Of a stretch of 33,350 nt of DNA, positions 6,801 through 14,005 are shown one piece after another. The notes under the pieces are model-generated. The model searched no databases. It was not told the DNA's origin and saw only the letters and a program-made list of their open reading frames with translations. Within the stretch, counting starts at the first letter, position 1. Every line of letters starts with the position of its first letter. Origin of the DNA: Phycisphaeraceae bacterium (GTDB lineage: Bacteria; Planctomycetota; Phycisphaerae; Phycisphaerales; Phycisphaeraceae); NCBI GenBank assembly GCA_036477175.1, contig JAZGCX010000044.1, forward strand, positions 1 to 33,350. The letters run 5' to 3'. Made by a program: the position numbers and the translations under genes.

Positions 6801-8850
6801 CGCCATTTCCGCGTGCACCACTCTCGATGAATGGGGCCTGAAGGACCCGCACAAGCTCGACTTTGGCTACTTCGACCGCGTCTTCGACGACCTGCGCGCC
6901 AAACCGCAACAGGTCTGGCGGGTCAGGCACGAAGGCCTTGAGGCCGACGCCCCACAGATTCGCTACGACAGCAATCGGGTGTATAAAGCTACGATTGCGT
7001 GGGAACAGTTGCACGAGATGGAGCGGCGCCCGTGGGCCTACCACAAGCTGCACAACACCCGCGTTTACGACCGCGGCCGCACCATGCTCCAAGGCAAGCT
7101 CGTCCGGGACGGCGATCAGCGCCGGTTCGACGTGGGCAGGCCTTACGACAAGCTCAAGATGCCCAAGTTCTTCCTCACCGACAACCAGGTCCGCGCCCTG
7201 GTCACTTTCATCACCAGCATCCGGACACCGCTGGTCTCGCAGCGGATCCAGCGCGCCGCCACCGGCGACGCGATGCACAAGATCATCCGCGGCCGGCAGC
7301 TCGCCACCCTCTACAACTGCTATGGCTGCCACAACATTGAAGGCAACGACGTGCTGATCCACCAGTACTTCGGCGTCTACAACGACGACGGCAGCTATAA
7401 CGACAACGCGCTGAACTGGGCGCCGCCGCGACTGATCGGCCAGGGCGCCAAGACCCAGCCCGATTGGCTGTACCACTTTCTCCAGAACGTCAACGGCCAG
7501 CCCAACGTCCCCGAGCCGGGCCAACCGCCCCCCGTCGGCGAAACCAAGATCCGGCCCTGGCTCAAGACCCGCATGCCCAGCTTCCCGCTCGACAACGACC
7601 AGGCCACCGTGCTGGTCGATTACTTCGCCAGCCACAGCCAACTGCTCGCCGCCGAGCTGAGCGAGATTGTCGCCGTGATCGACGCACACCTGGCACAGAT
7701 CGACCGGCACCGCCAGGACACCGAGCAGGAATTGAAACAACTGGAGCAGCAGGTAAAACAACCGGGCGCGTCGGAGCAACAGATCGAGCGGCTGGCCGAC
7801 CGGAAACAGCGGCTTGAGCATCAACGCGAAAACCTGCAAACACAACGCGCTCGCTGGTTCGCCAGCGACAACGACGAAGTGCAAACGGCCGTGCAGGAGC
7901 TGCGCGCCTTTGCGCTCCAGGCCGACCTGACCAGACCGCGCAACCTCGACCCGCGTCAGGTGCGCCAGAAGCGCCTGGTGAGGGAGTGGGCGGGTGTTTT
8001 GTCCAAGGCGCGGGCGCTGGCCGGGGCCTGGCAGACGGATTATCCCTACGTCCAGAAGAGCCGGCCGGTCGTGGACGAGACGGCGTTCGTCCGCGGCGAG
8101 CAACTGTTCGCCGAGATGGGCTGCATGACCGGGCAGTGCCACCGCGTCGGCGACGAACAGGTCCTGACCGACGCCGGCTTCGGCAGTTTTGGCGCGCCGC
8201 CCGCCGATGCGGACGACGAATACGACCCGTATGGGGAAGACGAACAAGAGCCGTACGGTGAAGAAGAAGACGCCTATGGCGAGGACGATCCATACGGCGC
8301 CGAAGACGCGTACGGCGAAGGCCCGACGGCGATGACCCGCGTCGTGGCCCCGGCACCGGATGAGCCCCCACCCGGCGCGCCGAATCTCAGCCGCGTCGCC
8401 GATCGGCTGCAACGCAACTGGGTCGAATTGTGGCTTCAGCACGCCGCCGCCATGCAGCCCGGCACACGCATGCAGCAATACTGGCTACAAGGCGAATCAC
8501 ACTTCAAGCCCATGCCACAAGCCACGCGACACGAGAAGGAAGCGCTGTACGGCCACAGTGCCGAGCAGCAGCAGCAGTACCTGATGGATTTCCTGTACGC
8601 CGTCGGCCCGCGACGCATCACCTACTCGCCCGACGGCAAGCGTCTGACCGGCCGGCCCAGCGAACCGGCGGCACTGAGCGCACTGGAGCGGCCGGCCGAC
8701 GGGGAGTCAGCCAAAGCACCCGATACCGAACAACCCGATCTGCCGCAGAGCGCCGACGGCGGCGAGGAAGCCGAGGTGATCCCCGTTCCCGACGAACCGG
8801 GTGAACAGCCCACCACCTCGACCCGTGCAGACGTGACGATCGAGCGTTAA
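3832..8850 (+). CDS. 1672-aa membrane-anchored multihaem c-type cytochrome (7 CxxCH + 1 CxxxxCH) with N-terminal TM helix and long coiled-coil segments
   Basis: TM helix VLNAIFAVTAVVLLLSTFWLVVA. Haem motifs, all in frame: CTTCH 4600, CTVCH 5173, CNKCH 5704, CVNCH 5791, CLACH 6148, CSGCH 6766, CYGCH 7318, CMTGQCH 8122. Class-I-like distal Met motifs: RMPHYF, IMPRFRL, KMPKFFL, RMPSFPL. The antisense ORFs across it are GC shadows. Confidence 0.9.
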   Translation: MPVPTTTFRNMKVLNAIFAVTAVVLLLSTFWLVVADHFKSTWRRYHRAARVWDEAILVDAHRAALSDEYIRQIKQLNAEIGELKASMNADEIRRLEQQLTDTKENKEKTALKLSVERGKVGPKRQQIERARLEYDDDSDQVIALRGELWRINEVVDKMSADMAGFDREIDETTARLHQAKQKLNQKQKKLGDLERDDKTIKETLAAVAPKGAAKVSERIRNAPLLDWFNASERIEQVVVPDVLTDYNFVQVETIDRCTTCHVNIDDPVFEQNTLTAFTERQVARAQGQAVAVLDRPVVMLGFWVEAARLAGLSDELDRLNQQALQQINAVRQEAGLEPVKATNQSQLLATFDRIAQSPAPAPVATARWYTPLVNYRDDLISLLAERLGQQQFNLLSDTYWYALIEKYNAQRKEQNLPAVSASPVLLGHPQIDLYAGPDSSHPVKTMGCTVCHEGSGQETQFEHTAHSPRPIWVDAQTGSPVADFMIEQPSDGDTIESYIHSAQLAASRSAHETASADQVPGGAAVIAASMTTATGDTGHEETDNGGPTYVHDDLNLADPDNPHHALSPEHDHATTAAYRNPADPAKPRLAIRQEQHWREQFGWHHIHYMHWEKPMHALEFVESSCNKCHTEVYGIRDAAPVLFHGRKLFAQLGCVNCHAVTSLEDDLDIKKVGPSLVNVRSKLSPQMTASWIWAPKAFRPTTRMPHYFMLENNSSPVDILRTRTEVTAITYYLQTTPPPEGTRPYEVEAVPELVGTIDESRQRGRTLFHQLGCLACHSNLDETGEAWITADLMQRKGLSAPEAKARYVSMADDTPDNGYNARHWYVQQHLQDRMTLLGPELSGVGTKLKTSRTEQQARTWLYDWLRNPRHYSGYTIMPRFRLTEQDTNDLATYLLSLQRPGYEADRFGFADDGSVALDDDTERMLAALVANLLAGQSTPELARQEVTSATDPNDSSKKKWTRHKQLMFLGQKTINHYGCSGCHQINGFEDAISACTTLDEWGLKDPHKLDFGYFDRVFDDLRAKPQQVWRVRHEGLEADAPQIRYDSNRVYKATIAWEQLHEMERRPWAYHKLHNTRVYDRGRTMLQGKLVRDGDQRRFDVGRPYDKLKMPKFFLTDNQVRALVTFITSIRTPLVSQRIQRAATGDAMHKIIRGRQLATLYNCYGCHNIEGNDVLIHQYFGVYNDDGSYNDNALNWAPPRLIGQGAKTQPDWLYHFLQNVNGQPNVPEPGQPPPVGETKIRPWLKTRMPSFPLDNDQATVLVDYFASHSQLLAAELSEIVAVIDAHLAQIDRHRQDTEQELKQLEQQVKQPGASEQQIERLADRKQRLEHQRENLQTQRARWFASDNDEVQTAVQELRAFALQADLTRPRNLDPRQVRQKRLVREWAGVLSKARALAGAWQTDYPYVQKSRPVVDETAFVRGEQLFAEMGCMTGQCHRVGDEQVLTDAGFGSFGAPPADADDEYDPYGEDEQEPYGEEEDAYGEDDPYGAEDAYGEGPTAMTRVVAPAPDEPPPGAPNLSRVADRLQRNWVELWLQHAAAMQPGTRMQQYWLQGESHFKPMPQATRHEKEALYGHSAEQQQQYLMDFLYAVGPRRITYSPDGKRLTGRPSEPAALSALERPADGESAKAPDTEQPDLPQSADGGEEAEVIPVPDEPGEQPTTSTRADVTIER

Positions 8851-8893
8851 CGCCGCCGGAACGGCCGGCCGGAAGGACCCGATTCACCCTCCC

Positions 8894-8921
8894 TTGTCAC
8901 TTGGCCGGGTCTCGATAGAAT
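8894..8921 (+). promoter_or_regulatory. candidate sigma70-like promoter upstream of the cupredoxin gene: TTGTCA-16 nt-TAGAAT
   Basis: cccTTGTCActtggccgggtctcgaTAGAATgtgg lies in the 176-nt gap after the cytochrome stop codon. Confidence 0.35.
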
Positions 8922-9026
8922 GTGGCAACGCAACCAGGCGGATGCCGAGTTGCCAAGCCAATTTTGCGTGTTTGGATTCACTGTAACCGGTGACGGTCGG
9001 GGGCCAGACAAACCACCAGGAAAGGA

Positions 9027-9851
9027 ATGGATGGTATCATGAGAGACAACAACTGGCTCAAGTGGGTATCCGCAGTAACGGCCTGCGGCCTGATGGCCTT
9101 GGCCTTGGCCTTGGCCGCCAACCACGCGGCTGCGCAAGATGAAGCACAACCACCGGTGCTTAACGTCGGCGGCGTGACCGACGGCAGCGGCGGCACCATC
9201 AAGGGCATTGTCAAGTTCGACGGCAAACAAGCGCGGCGCAAGCCGATCCGCATGGATGCCGATCCGGTCTGCGAAGCCGCCCACGGCGACACACCGGTGC
9301 TCTCCGAGCGGTGGGTGTTCGGCGATAACGATACGCTCCAGAACGTGTTCGTTTATGTCAGTGCCGGCCTCGAAGGCAAATCCTTTGATCCACCGAATAA
9401 GACCCCCGTGCTCGACCAGCGCGGCTGCGTGTACGCGCCGCACGTCATGGGCGTGGTCGCCGGCCAGACAATCTTGATCCTAAACAGCGACAACACGATG
9501 CATAACGTGCACGCCACGCCCAAGCTCAACGCAAACTTCAACCAGTCCCAGGCCCCCAGCGTGAAAATCAGTGCGACCTTCGAAGACCCCGAGATGGCTA
9601 TCGGGGTCAAATGCGATATCCATACGTGGATGGGCGCCTACATCCACGTGATGGAGCACCCGTTCTTCGCAATTACGCAACAGGACGGCACGTTCGAGAT
9701 CAAGGGGCTCCCTCCCGGTGAGTACGAGTTGCGCACCTGGCACGAGTTCAACAAGTTCAAGCCCGATCAGCAGGTCTACAAGGTCACCGTCGAGGAAGGC
9801 GGCGCAGCCGAAGTGACCGTCACATATTCGCCGCCGAAGAAGAAAGGCTGA
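9027..9851 (+). CDS. secreted cupredoxin-like (type-1 copper site-like) protein with C-terminal CarboxypepD_reg-like beta-sandwich
   Basis: Signal peptide WLKWVSAVTACGLMALALALAANHAAAQ. Candidate copper ligands are NTMHNVHA and CDIHTWM (Cys 9612, His 9621, Met 9630; C-x2-H-x2-M spacing as in amicyanin). C-terminal QQDGTFEIKGLPPGEYELRTWHE. The start may instead be the ATG at 9039, which has better SD spacing. Confidence 0.65.
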   Translation: MDGIMRDNNWLKWVSAVTACGLMALALALAANHAAAQDEAQPPVLNVGGVTDGSGGTIKGIVKFDGKQARRKPIRMDADPVCEAAHGDTPVLSERWVFGDNDTLQNVFVYVSAGLEGKSFDPPNKTPVLDQRGCVYAPHVMGVVAGQTILILNSDNTMHNVHATPKLNANFNQSQAPSVKISATFEDPEMAIGVKCDIHTWMGAYIHVMEHPFFAITQQDGTFEIKGLPPGEYELRTWHEFNKFKPDQQVYKVTVEEGGAAEVTVTYSPPKKKG

Positions 9852-9910
9852 CCGGTCAGGGCGAGGCGGCGGCGCGCAACTGGTTGGCGGCGCCCACATG
9901 ACCCGGCCTA

Positions 9911-10492
9911 ATGTCAGATGCTGCGCAACTGCTCAAGGAGCGAGCTTTGCAATCCCCAAAAATCCGGGCGCATCTATGGCAGAAGCTGTCGATCCTGACA
10001 CTGCTTATAGCTCTGGCCGCAGCAGCGGCGCCGGCACTGGCGCAAAGTGATCAGCCTACACCCACACCCCAAGACCCGGGAACCGAAACCTTCGGCCGGT
10101 TCGGCTGGTGGATGCCTCCCGTGGTCTCGGGCAGCGGTGCCGGGATCGACAAGCTCTTCTACGCCATCTGCTGGATGACGGGGATTGTTTTTGTCGGTGT
10201 GTTTGTGGCGATGATCATCTTCACGATCCGCTACCGCCACCGCCCCGGCCGCCATGCCCCCGTCATCCACGGCCGCCACCGGATGGAAGCCGTCTGGACG
10301 CTTGTGCCGACCGTGATCCTGGCGCTCACCGCGGCGGCGAGCCAGAGCACCTGGTCCGGCGTCAAGAGCCCCGCCCACAGGCCCACCGGGGGCAATGTAG
10401 TCCAGGTCGAGGTCGAGGAGGATAACCTGCCGCAGCCGGCGGTCCGGCCCCCGGGCGTGGTCGAGCCGACGGAGCACGAACGGGATTTCTGA
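9911..10492 (+). CDS. cytochrome c oxidase subunit II N-terminal (signal peptide + two TM helices) only; CuA cupredoxin domain absent (truncated gene or stand-alone COX2_TM protein)
   Basis: FGWWMPPVVSGSGAGIDKLFYAICWMTGIVFVGVFVAMIIFTIRYRHRPGRHAPVIHGRHRMEAVWTLVPTVILALTAAASQSTW fits the COX2 TM-domain pattern. The ORF stops about 45 aa later, after NVVQVEV, with no H..CxExC..H..M CuA motif. Confidence 0.7.
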   Translation: MSDAAQLLKERALQSPKIRAHLWQKLSILTLLIALAAAAAPALAQSDQPTPTPQDPGTETFGRFGWWMPPVVSGSGAGIDKLFYAICWMTGIVFVGVFVAMIIFTIRYRHRPGRHAPVIHGRHRMEAVWTLVPTVILALTAAASQSTWSGVKSPAHRPTGGNVVQVEVEEDNLPQPAVRPPGVVEPTEHERDF

Positions 10493-10594
10493 TTGCGGAT
10501 TTCAGATTTTTGGACTTGGCCCCGCACTTGACATGAAATGAAACGGCATCGCCTGATGACCAATCAGCAATCCGCAATCGGCAATCTACAATCG
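10491..10594. repeat. inverted heptamer arrays bracketing the ctaA start: (GATTNNN)x3 at 10491-10511 and (NCAATCN)x5 at 10560-10594
   Basis: gattgcg gatttca gattttt ... ccaatca gcaatcc gcaatcg gcaatct acaatcg. There is a perfect 11-bp inverted repeat, gattgcggatt (10491-10501) / aatccgcaatc (10569-10579). Both candidate ctaA ATGs (10538, 10556) lie between the arms. Confidence 0.7.
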
Positions 10595-11683
10595 GCCTAT
10601 CGCCCGTGGCTGCACCGCTATGCGTGTCTGCTGGTCGTGGCCACGTTTATTCTGGTCGCCAGCGGCGGCAATGTGACCAGCCGTGACGCCGGTCTTGCAG
10701 TACCTGACGGGTTCACCGTTTACGGTCATTTTCTCTGGACCTTTCCGGTCGAAAAATGGGTCGGCAACGTCTTTCACGAACACATTCACCGACTCAAGGG
10801 CAGCGTGGTCGGCCTGATGTGTATTGCCTTGGTGATCTGGCTGTGGCGCACGCAACGTCATCGGCCCTGGCTGGGCAGGCTCAGCCTGGCGGTGCTCGCG
10901 CTGGTCATCGTTCAGGGCATCATGGGCGGGCTCCGCGTCGAGTTCGTCAACTGGTTCAGCGCCCTAGCCACCCCGTTCGCCATTCTGCACGGCATCACCG
11001 GACAAGTCTTTCTCTGCATGACCGTATTGGTTGCTGCCGCCACCAGCAGGTTATGGATTGAACACGCCTGCGACAGCCGCTCGCGGCTTAGCCGCGGTTC
11101 TCAATCCCTCCGCCGGCTTACGCTGGTGCTCCTGGTAGTCCTGCTGATCCAACTGAGTCTGGGCGCGGCGATGCGGCACACCGGGTCAGGTCTGGCCATC
11201 CCCGACTTCCCGGCCTCGTACGGCCAACTGGTGCCGCCGCTTTCACCACAGGCGATCACCGAAGCCCACGACGCGCTGGTGCCATACGACGAGTTCGACG
11301 GCGACGTGTACCCAACGCCGGCCCAGGTCGGCGTACATTTTGCCCATCGCGTGTGGTCTTTGGTCGTGCTCGGGGTTAGCGGGTACCTGCTGACCAGGCT
11401 GGCTTACGCGTTCGGCCGGCATCGGCTGCTGGTCGGGCCAATCCTCGCGCTGGCAGCGCTTCTGATCGTCCAACTGGCGCTGGGCGCGGCGGTGATATGG
11501 ATGGGCAGGCATCCGGATGTCGCCACCGCGCACCAGGCGACCGGCGCAGCGATCCTGGCCACCGCAGCGCTGCTGACCTTCCGCGTGTACCGGGTGTCGC
11601 GCATCGGTCCCACGCGCGATCCAGTGCCCTTTGCGGCCCCGATGCCGGCCCCGGGCGCTCGAGTGGAGGTAATCGGCACATGA
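10538..11683 (+). CDS. ctaA: haem A synthase (COX15/CtaA family)
   Basis: Polytopic membrane protein with paired His motifs (FHEHIHRL, MRHTGSGLA, HFAHRVW, HQATGA) and the typical N-terminus LHRYACLLVVATFILVASGGNVTS. The start is 10538 or 10556. The stop overlaps the ctaB ATG (ATGA at 11680-11683). Confidence 0.85.
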   Translation: MKRHRLMTNQQSAIGNLQSAYRPWLHRYACLLVVATFILVASGGNVTSRDAGLAVPDGFTVYGHFLWTFPVEKWVGNVFHEHIHRLKGSVVGLMCIALVIWLWRTQRHRPWLGRLSLAVLALVIVQGIMGGLRVEFVNWFSALATPFAILHGITGQVFLCMTVLVAAATSRLWIEHACDSRSRLSRGSQSLRRLTLVLLVVLLIQLSLGAAMRHTGSGLAIPDFPASYGQLVPPLSPQAITEAHDALVPYDEFDGDVYPTPAQVGVHFAHRVWSLVVLGVSGYLLTRLAYAFGRHRLLVGPILALAALLIVQLALGAAVIWMGRHPDVATAHQATGAAILATAALLTFRVYRVSRIGPTRDPVPFAAPMPAPGARVEVIGT

Positions 11684-12642
11684 CGCAACTGACCCACCGG
11701 CACGATCCAGGCTCGGTCGGTCGGCTCATGCTCGACCGCGACAGTCATCGTCTGGCCGTGATGGCGCGCCTGTCGGACTTGTACCAACTGACCAAGTTGC
11801 GGATCACGGTGATGGTGGCAATGACCGCGTCGATCGGCTTTGCGCTGGGTGTGCGGGCCGCACCGTTGCGAGGATTGGAAGCGTCGGCGTGGTCGTGGTG
11901 GCAATTGTTGGCCACGGTAGTGGGCACGGCCATGTCGTGCATGGGCGCCAGCGCATTGAACCAGGTCTGCGAAGCCGATGCCGATGCAAAGATGCATCGC
12001 ACAAAGGACCGGCCGCTGCCCGCTGAACGTATCTCCGCCGCATCGGCGACGGTGCTCGGTCTGGCGCTGGGCGTAGGCGGCGTCGCAACCCTGGCCGTGC
12101 TGACCAACCCGTTCGCCGCCGGTCTGTCAGCGTTCACCCTGCTGAGTTACATACTCATCTATACACCATTGAAACGAGTCAGCAGCGTTTCGACGATCGT
12201 CGGGGCCGTGCCCGGAGCGCTTCCACCGGTGATCGGATACGCGGCGGCGACCGGTGCGATCGGCGTCGAGGCCGTGATCGTCTTTGCCATCATGTTCCTG
12301 TGGCAACTGCCGCACTTTTTGGCGATTGCCTGGCTGTATCGCGATGACTTTGCCCGCGCCGCGTTCCCGATGCTGCCGGTGCTCGACCCGACCGGCGGCA
12401 GCACGTTCCGGCAAATCCTGTTGGGGTGCATGGCCCTGGTGCCGTTGGGGCTCCTGCCGGCGGTCGTCGGTTTTGCGGGCAAGGGGTATTTCTTCGGGGC
12501 GCTGTTGGCGGGTGTGGCGTTCCTGGGATTCGGGGTCGCACTAGTGATCGGCCGAACCCGCGGCCATGCCCGCGCCCTGTTTATTGCATCGCTGGTGTAC
12601 CTGCCGCTGGTACTGGCGCTGATGGTGGTGGACGGGGCTTGA
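11680..12642 (+). CDS. ctaB: protohaem IX farnesyltransferase (haem O synthase, UbiA family)
   Basis: LYQLTKLRITVMVAMTASIGF..NQVCEADADAKMHRTKDRPLPAERIS.. is a UbiA-type Asp-rich motif. I chose the ATG at 11680 (ATGA coupling with ctaA) over the track start at 11497, which overlaps the ctaA C-terminus. Confidence 0.85.
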   Translation: MTQLTHRHDPGSVGRLMLDRDSHRLAVMARLSDLYQLTKLRITVMVAMTASIGFALGVRAAPLRGLEASAWSWWQLLATVVGTAMSCMGASALNQVCEADADAKMHRTKDRPLPAERISAASATVLGLALGVGGVATLAVLTNPFAAGLSAFTLLSYILIYTPLKRVSSVSTIVGAVPGALPPVIGYAAATGAIGVEAVIVFAIMFLWQLPHFLAIAWLYRDDFARAAFPMLPVLDPTGGSTFRQILLGCMALVPLGLLPAVVGFAGKGYFFGALLAGVAFLGFGVALVIGRTRGHARALFIASLVYLPLVLALMVVDGA

Positions 12643-12726
12643 GGAGACGTGCAACGGCGGAGAACCGCCTGCCGCCTGGATACCCTGCGTGCGGCGCGCC
12701 GGTCCAGACGGATCCGATCGAGATAG

Positions 12727-13794
12727 ATGAGCCAGGTCACTGCCCACCAGACCGACGCCGGACACGCCGCTACGGGCGCCGACACGCTGGCCGTTGAAGT
12801 CGAGAACCTCTCACACACCTACCCGGCACCGCGCGGCCGGCGCCGGCCACGTGCCGGCGAATCCGCCGCCGCAACGGCGACGCATCGACCGGCGCTCGAC
12901 CGCGTCAGCTTCAAGATTCACACCGGCGAAATCTTCGGCATCCTCGGCCCTAACGGCGGCGGAAAGACCACCCTCTTTCGCATCCTCTCAACCATGCTGC
13001 GGCCCAACGGTGGTGACGGCCGCGTCAGCGTTTTCGGCGACAGCGTGCTCGATCAACCGGCGCGCGTCCGCCGCCACCTTGGCATTGTCTTTCAGAACCC
13101 CAGCGTTGATGTCAAGCTCACGGCGGAGGAAAACCTGATCCACCAGGGCCGGCTCTACGGCCTGGGCGGCGCGGCGCTTCGTCAGCGAATCGACAGGTGG
13201 CTGAGGCGGCTGGGCCTGAACGACCGCCGTGACGAACGCGTCGAACGCTTCAGCGGCGGCATGCGGCGCCGCGTCGAACTGGCCAAGGCGCTGCTGCACG
13301 AGCCGCGACTGCTGCTGCTTGATGAGCCGGCCACCGGGCTCGACCCCGGCGCGCGGCGCGATCTGAGCCGCCACCTCGACGACCTGCGGCGCGAGCAAGG
13401 CGTCACCGTGGCGCTGACCACGCACCTGATGGCAGAGGCTGACCGATGCGATCGGCTGGCTGTGCTCGCCGCCGGCAAGATCGTGGCGCTGGACACCCCG
13501 GCCAACCTCAAGGCCGCGATCTGCGGCGACGTGATCAACGTCGAGCCAACCGACAATGCCCAGGCCCTTTGCGAGCAGATCGCCGCCCGGTTTGGCCCCT
13601 GGCCTGATGGAGCGACCCCCACGGTCATTGACGGTCAGGTACACTTTGATAAACCCAACGGGCCGCAACTCGTCGCTGAGCTGACCGCTGCGCTGCCCGG
13701 TCAAATCCGCAGCGTCACTGTCGGCCAGCCGACGCTGGAAGACGTGTTCCTGCACCTGACCGGCCGGACGTTGTGGGACCCGAGCCCCTACTAA
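12727..13794 (+). CDS. ABC transporter ATP-binding protein (ABC-2/DrrA/NosF-like), no adjacent permease
   Basis: Walker A GPNGGGKTT, signature FSGGMRRR, Walker B LLLLDEPATGLD, H-loop TTHLM, and a C-terminal extension typical of ABC-2-type ATPases. Confidence 0.85.
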   Translation: MSQVTAHQTDAGHAATGADTLAVEVENLSHTYPAPRGRRRPRAGESAAATATHRPALDRVSFKIHTGEIFGILGPNGGGKTTLFRILSTMLRPNGGDGRVSVFGDSVLDQPARVRRHLGIVFQNPSVDVKLTAEENLIHQGRLYGLGGAALRQRIDRWLRRLGLNDRRDERVERFSGGMRRRVELAKALLHEPRLLLLDEPATGLDPGARRDLSRHLDDLRREQGVTVALTTHLMAEADRCDRLAVLAAGKIVALDTPANLKAAICGDVINVEPTDNAQALCEQIAARFGPWPDGATPTVIDGQVHFDKPNGPQLVAELTAALPGQIRSVTVGQPTLEDVFLHLTGRTLWDPSPY

Positions 13795-13975
13795 CGGAAC
13801 CCGGTGGCTCCCACGGACCGATGAGTATGTGCCAACGACGTGTTGGTGCGTTCGGCCGCAGCCGCTGAAAATCGACCCGAAAATGGCCATGCCAGCGACC
13901 CGCCCCGGGTTCGACAACACGACCCCCGCAAGAAAAATCGAGCATTGAACGGCCCTGCGTGCCCAGGAATTGCGG

Positions 13976-14005
13976 TTGCATGATCGAGGATTCATCGGTT
14001 ATACT
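13976..14005 (+). promoter_or_regulatory. candidate sigma70-like promoter TTGCAT-18 nt-TATACT inside the non-coding gap, about 350 nt upstream of pabB
   Basis: gcggTTGCATgatcgaggattcatcggtTATACTgatgg. It sits in the locally AT-richer stretch of the gap. Confidence 0.35.

Noticed and set aside
6613-8478. 621-aa ORF on the minus strand, plus other long antisense ORFs at 5491..6318, 7562..8371, 4024..4614 and 4011..4517.
   Set aside because: They lie antisense to the cytochrome gene, whose frame carries eight in-frame haem motifs. The translations are Arg/Gly/Ala/Pro-rich low-complexity sequence typical of shadow ORFs in high-GC DNA.
9095-9116. (GGCCTT)x3 microsatellite-like run.
   Set aside because: It simply encodes the Ala-Leu repeat (MALALALAA) of the cupredoxin signal-peptide hydrophobic core. 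Its unit length is a multiple of 3, so it cannot act as a frame-shifting phase-variation tract.
11497-11679. Upstream extension of ctaB; likewise 20187..20276 for the ExeA-like ATPase and 1249..1383 for mcsA.
   Set aside because: These extensions overlap the preceding gene or the promoter and encode Arg/Pro/Ser-rich junk. Internal starts give canonical N-termini and coupling overlaps (ATGA, or a 4-nt gap).
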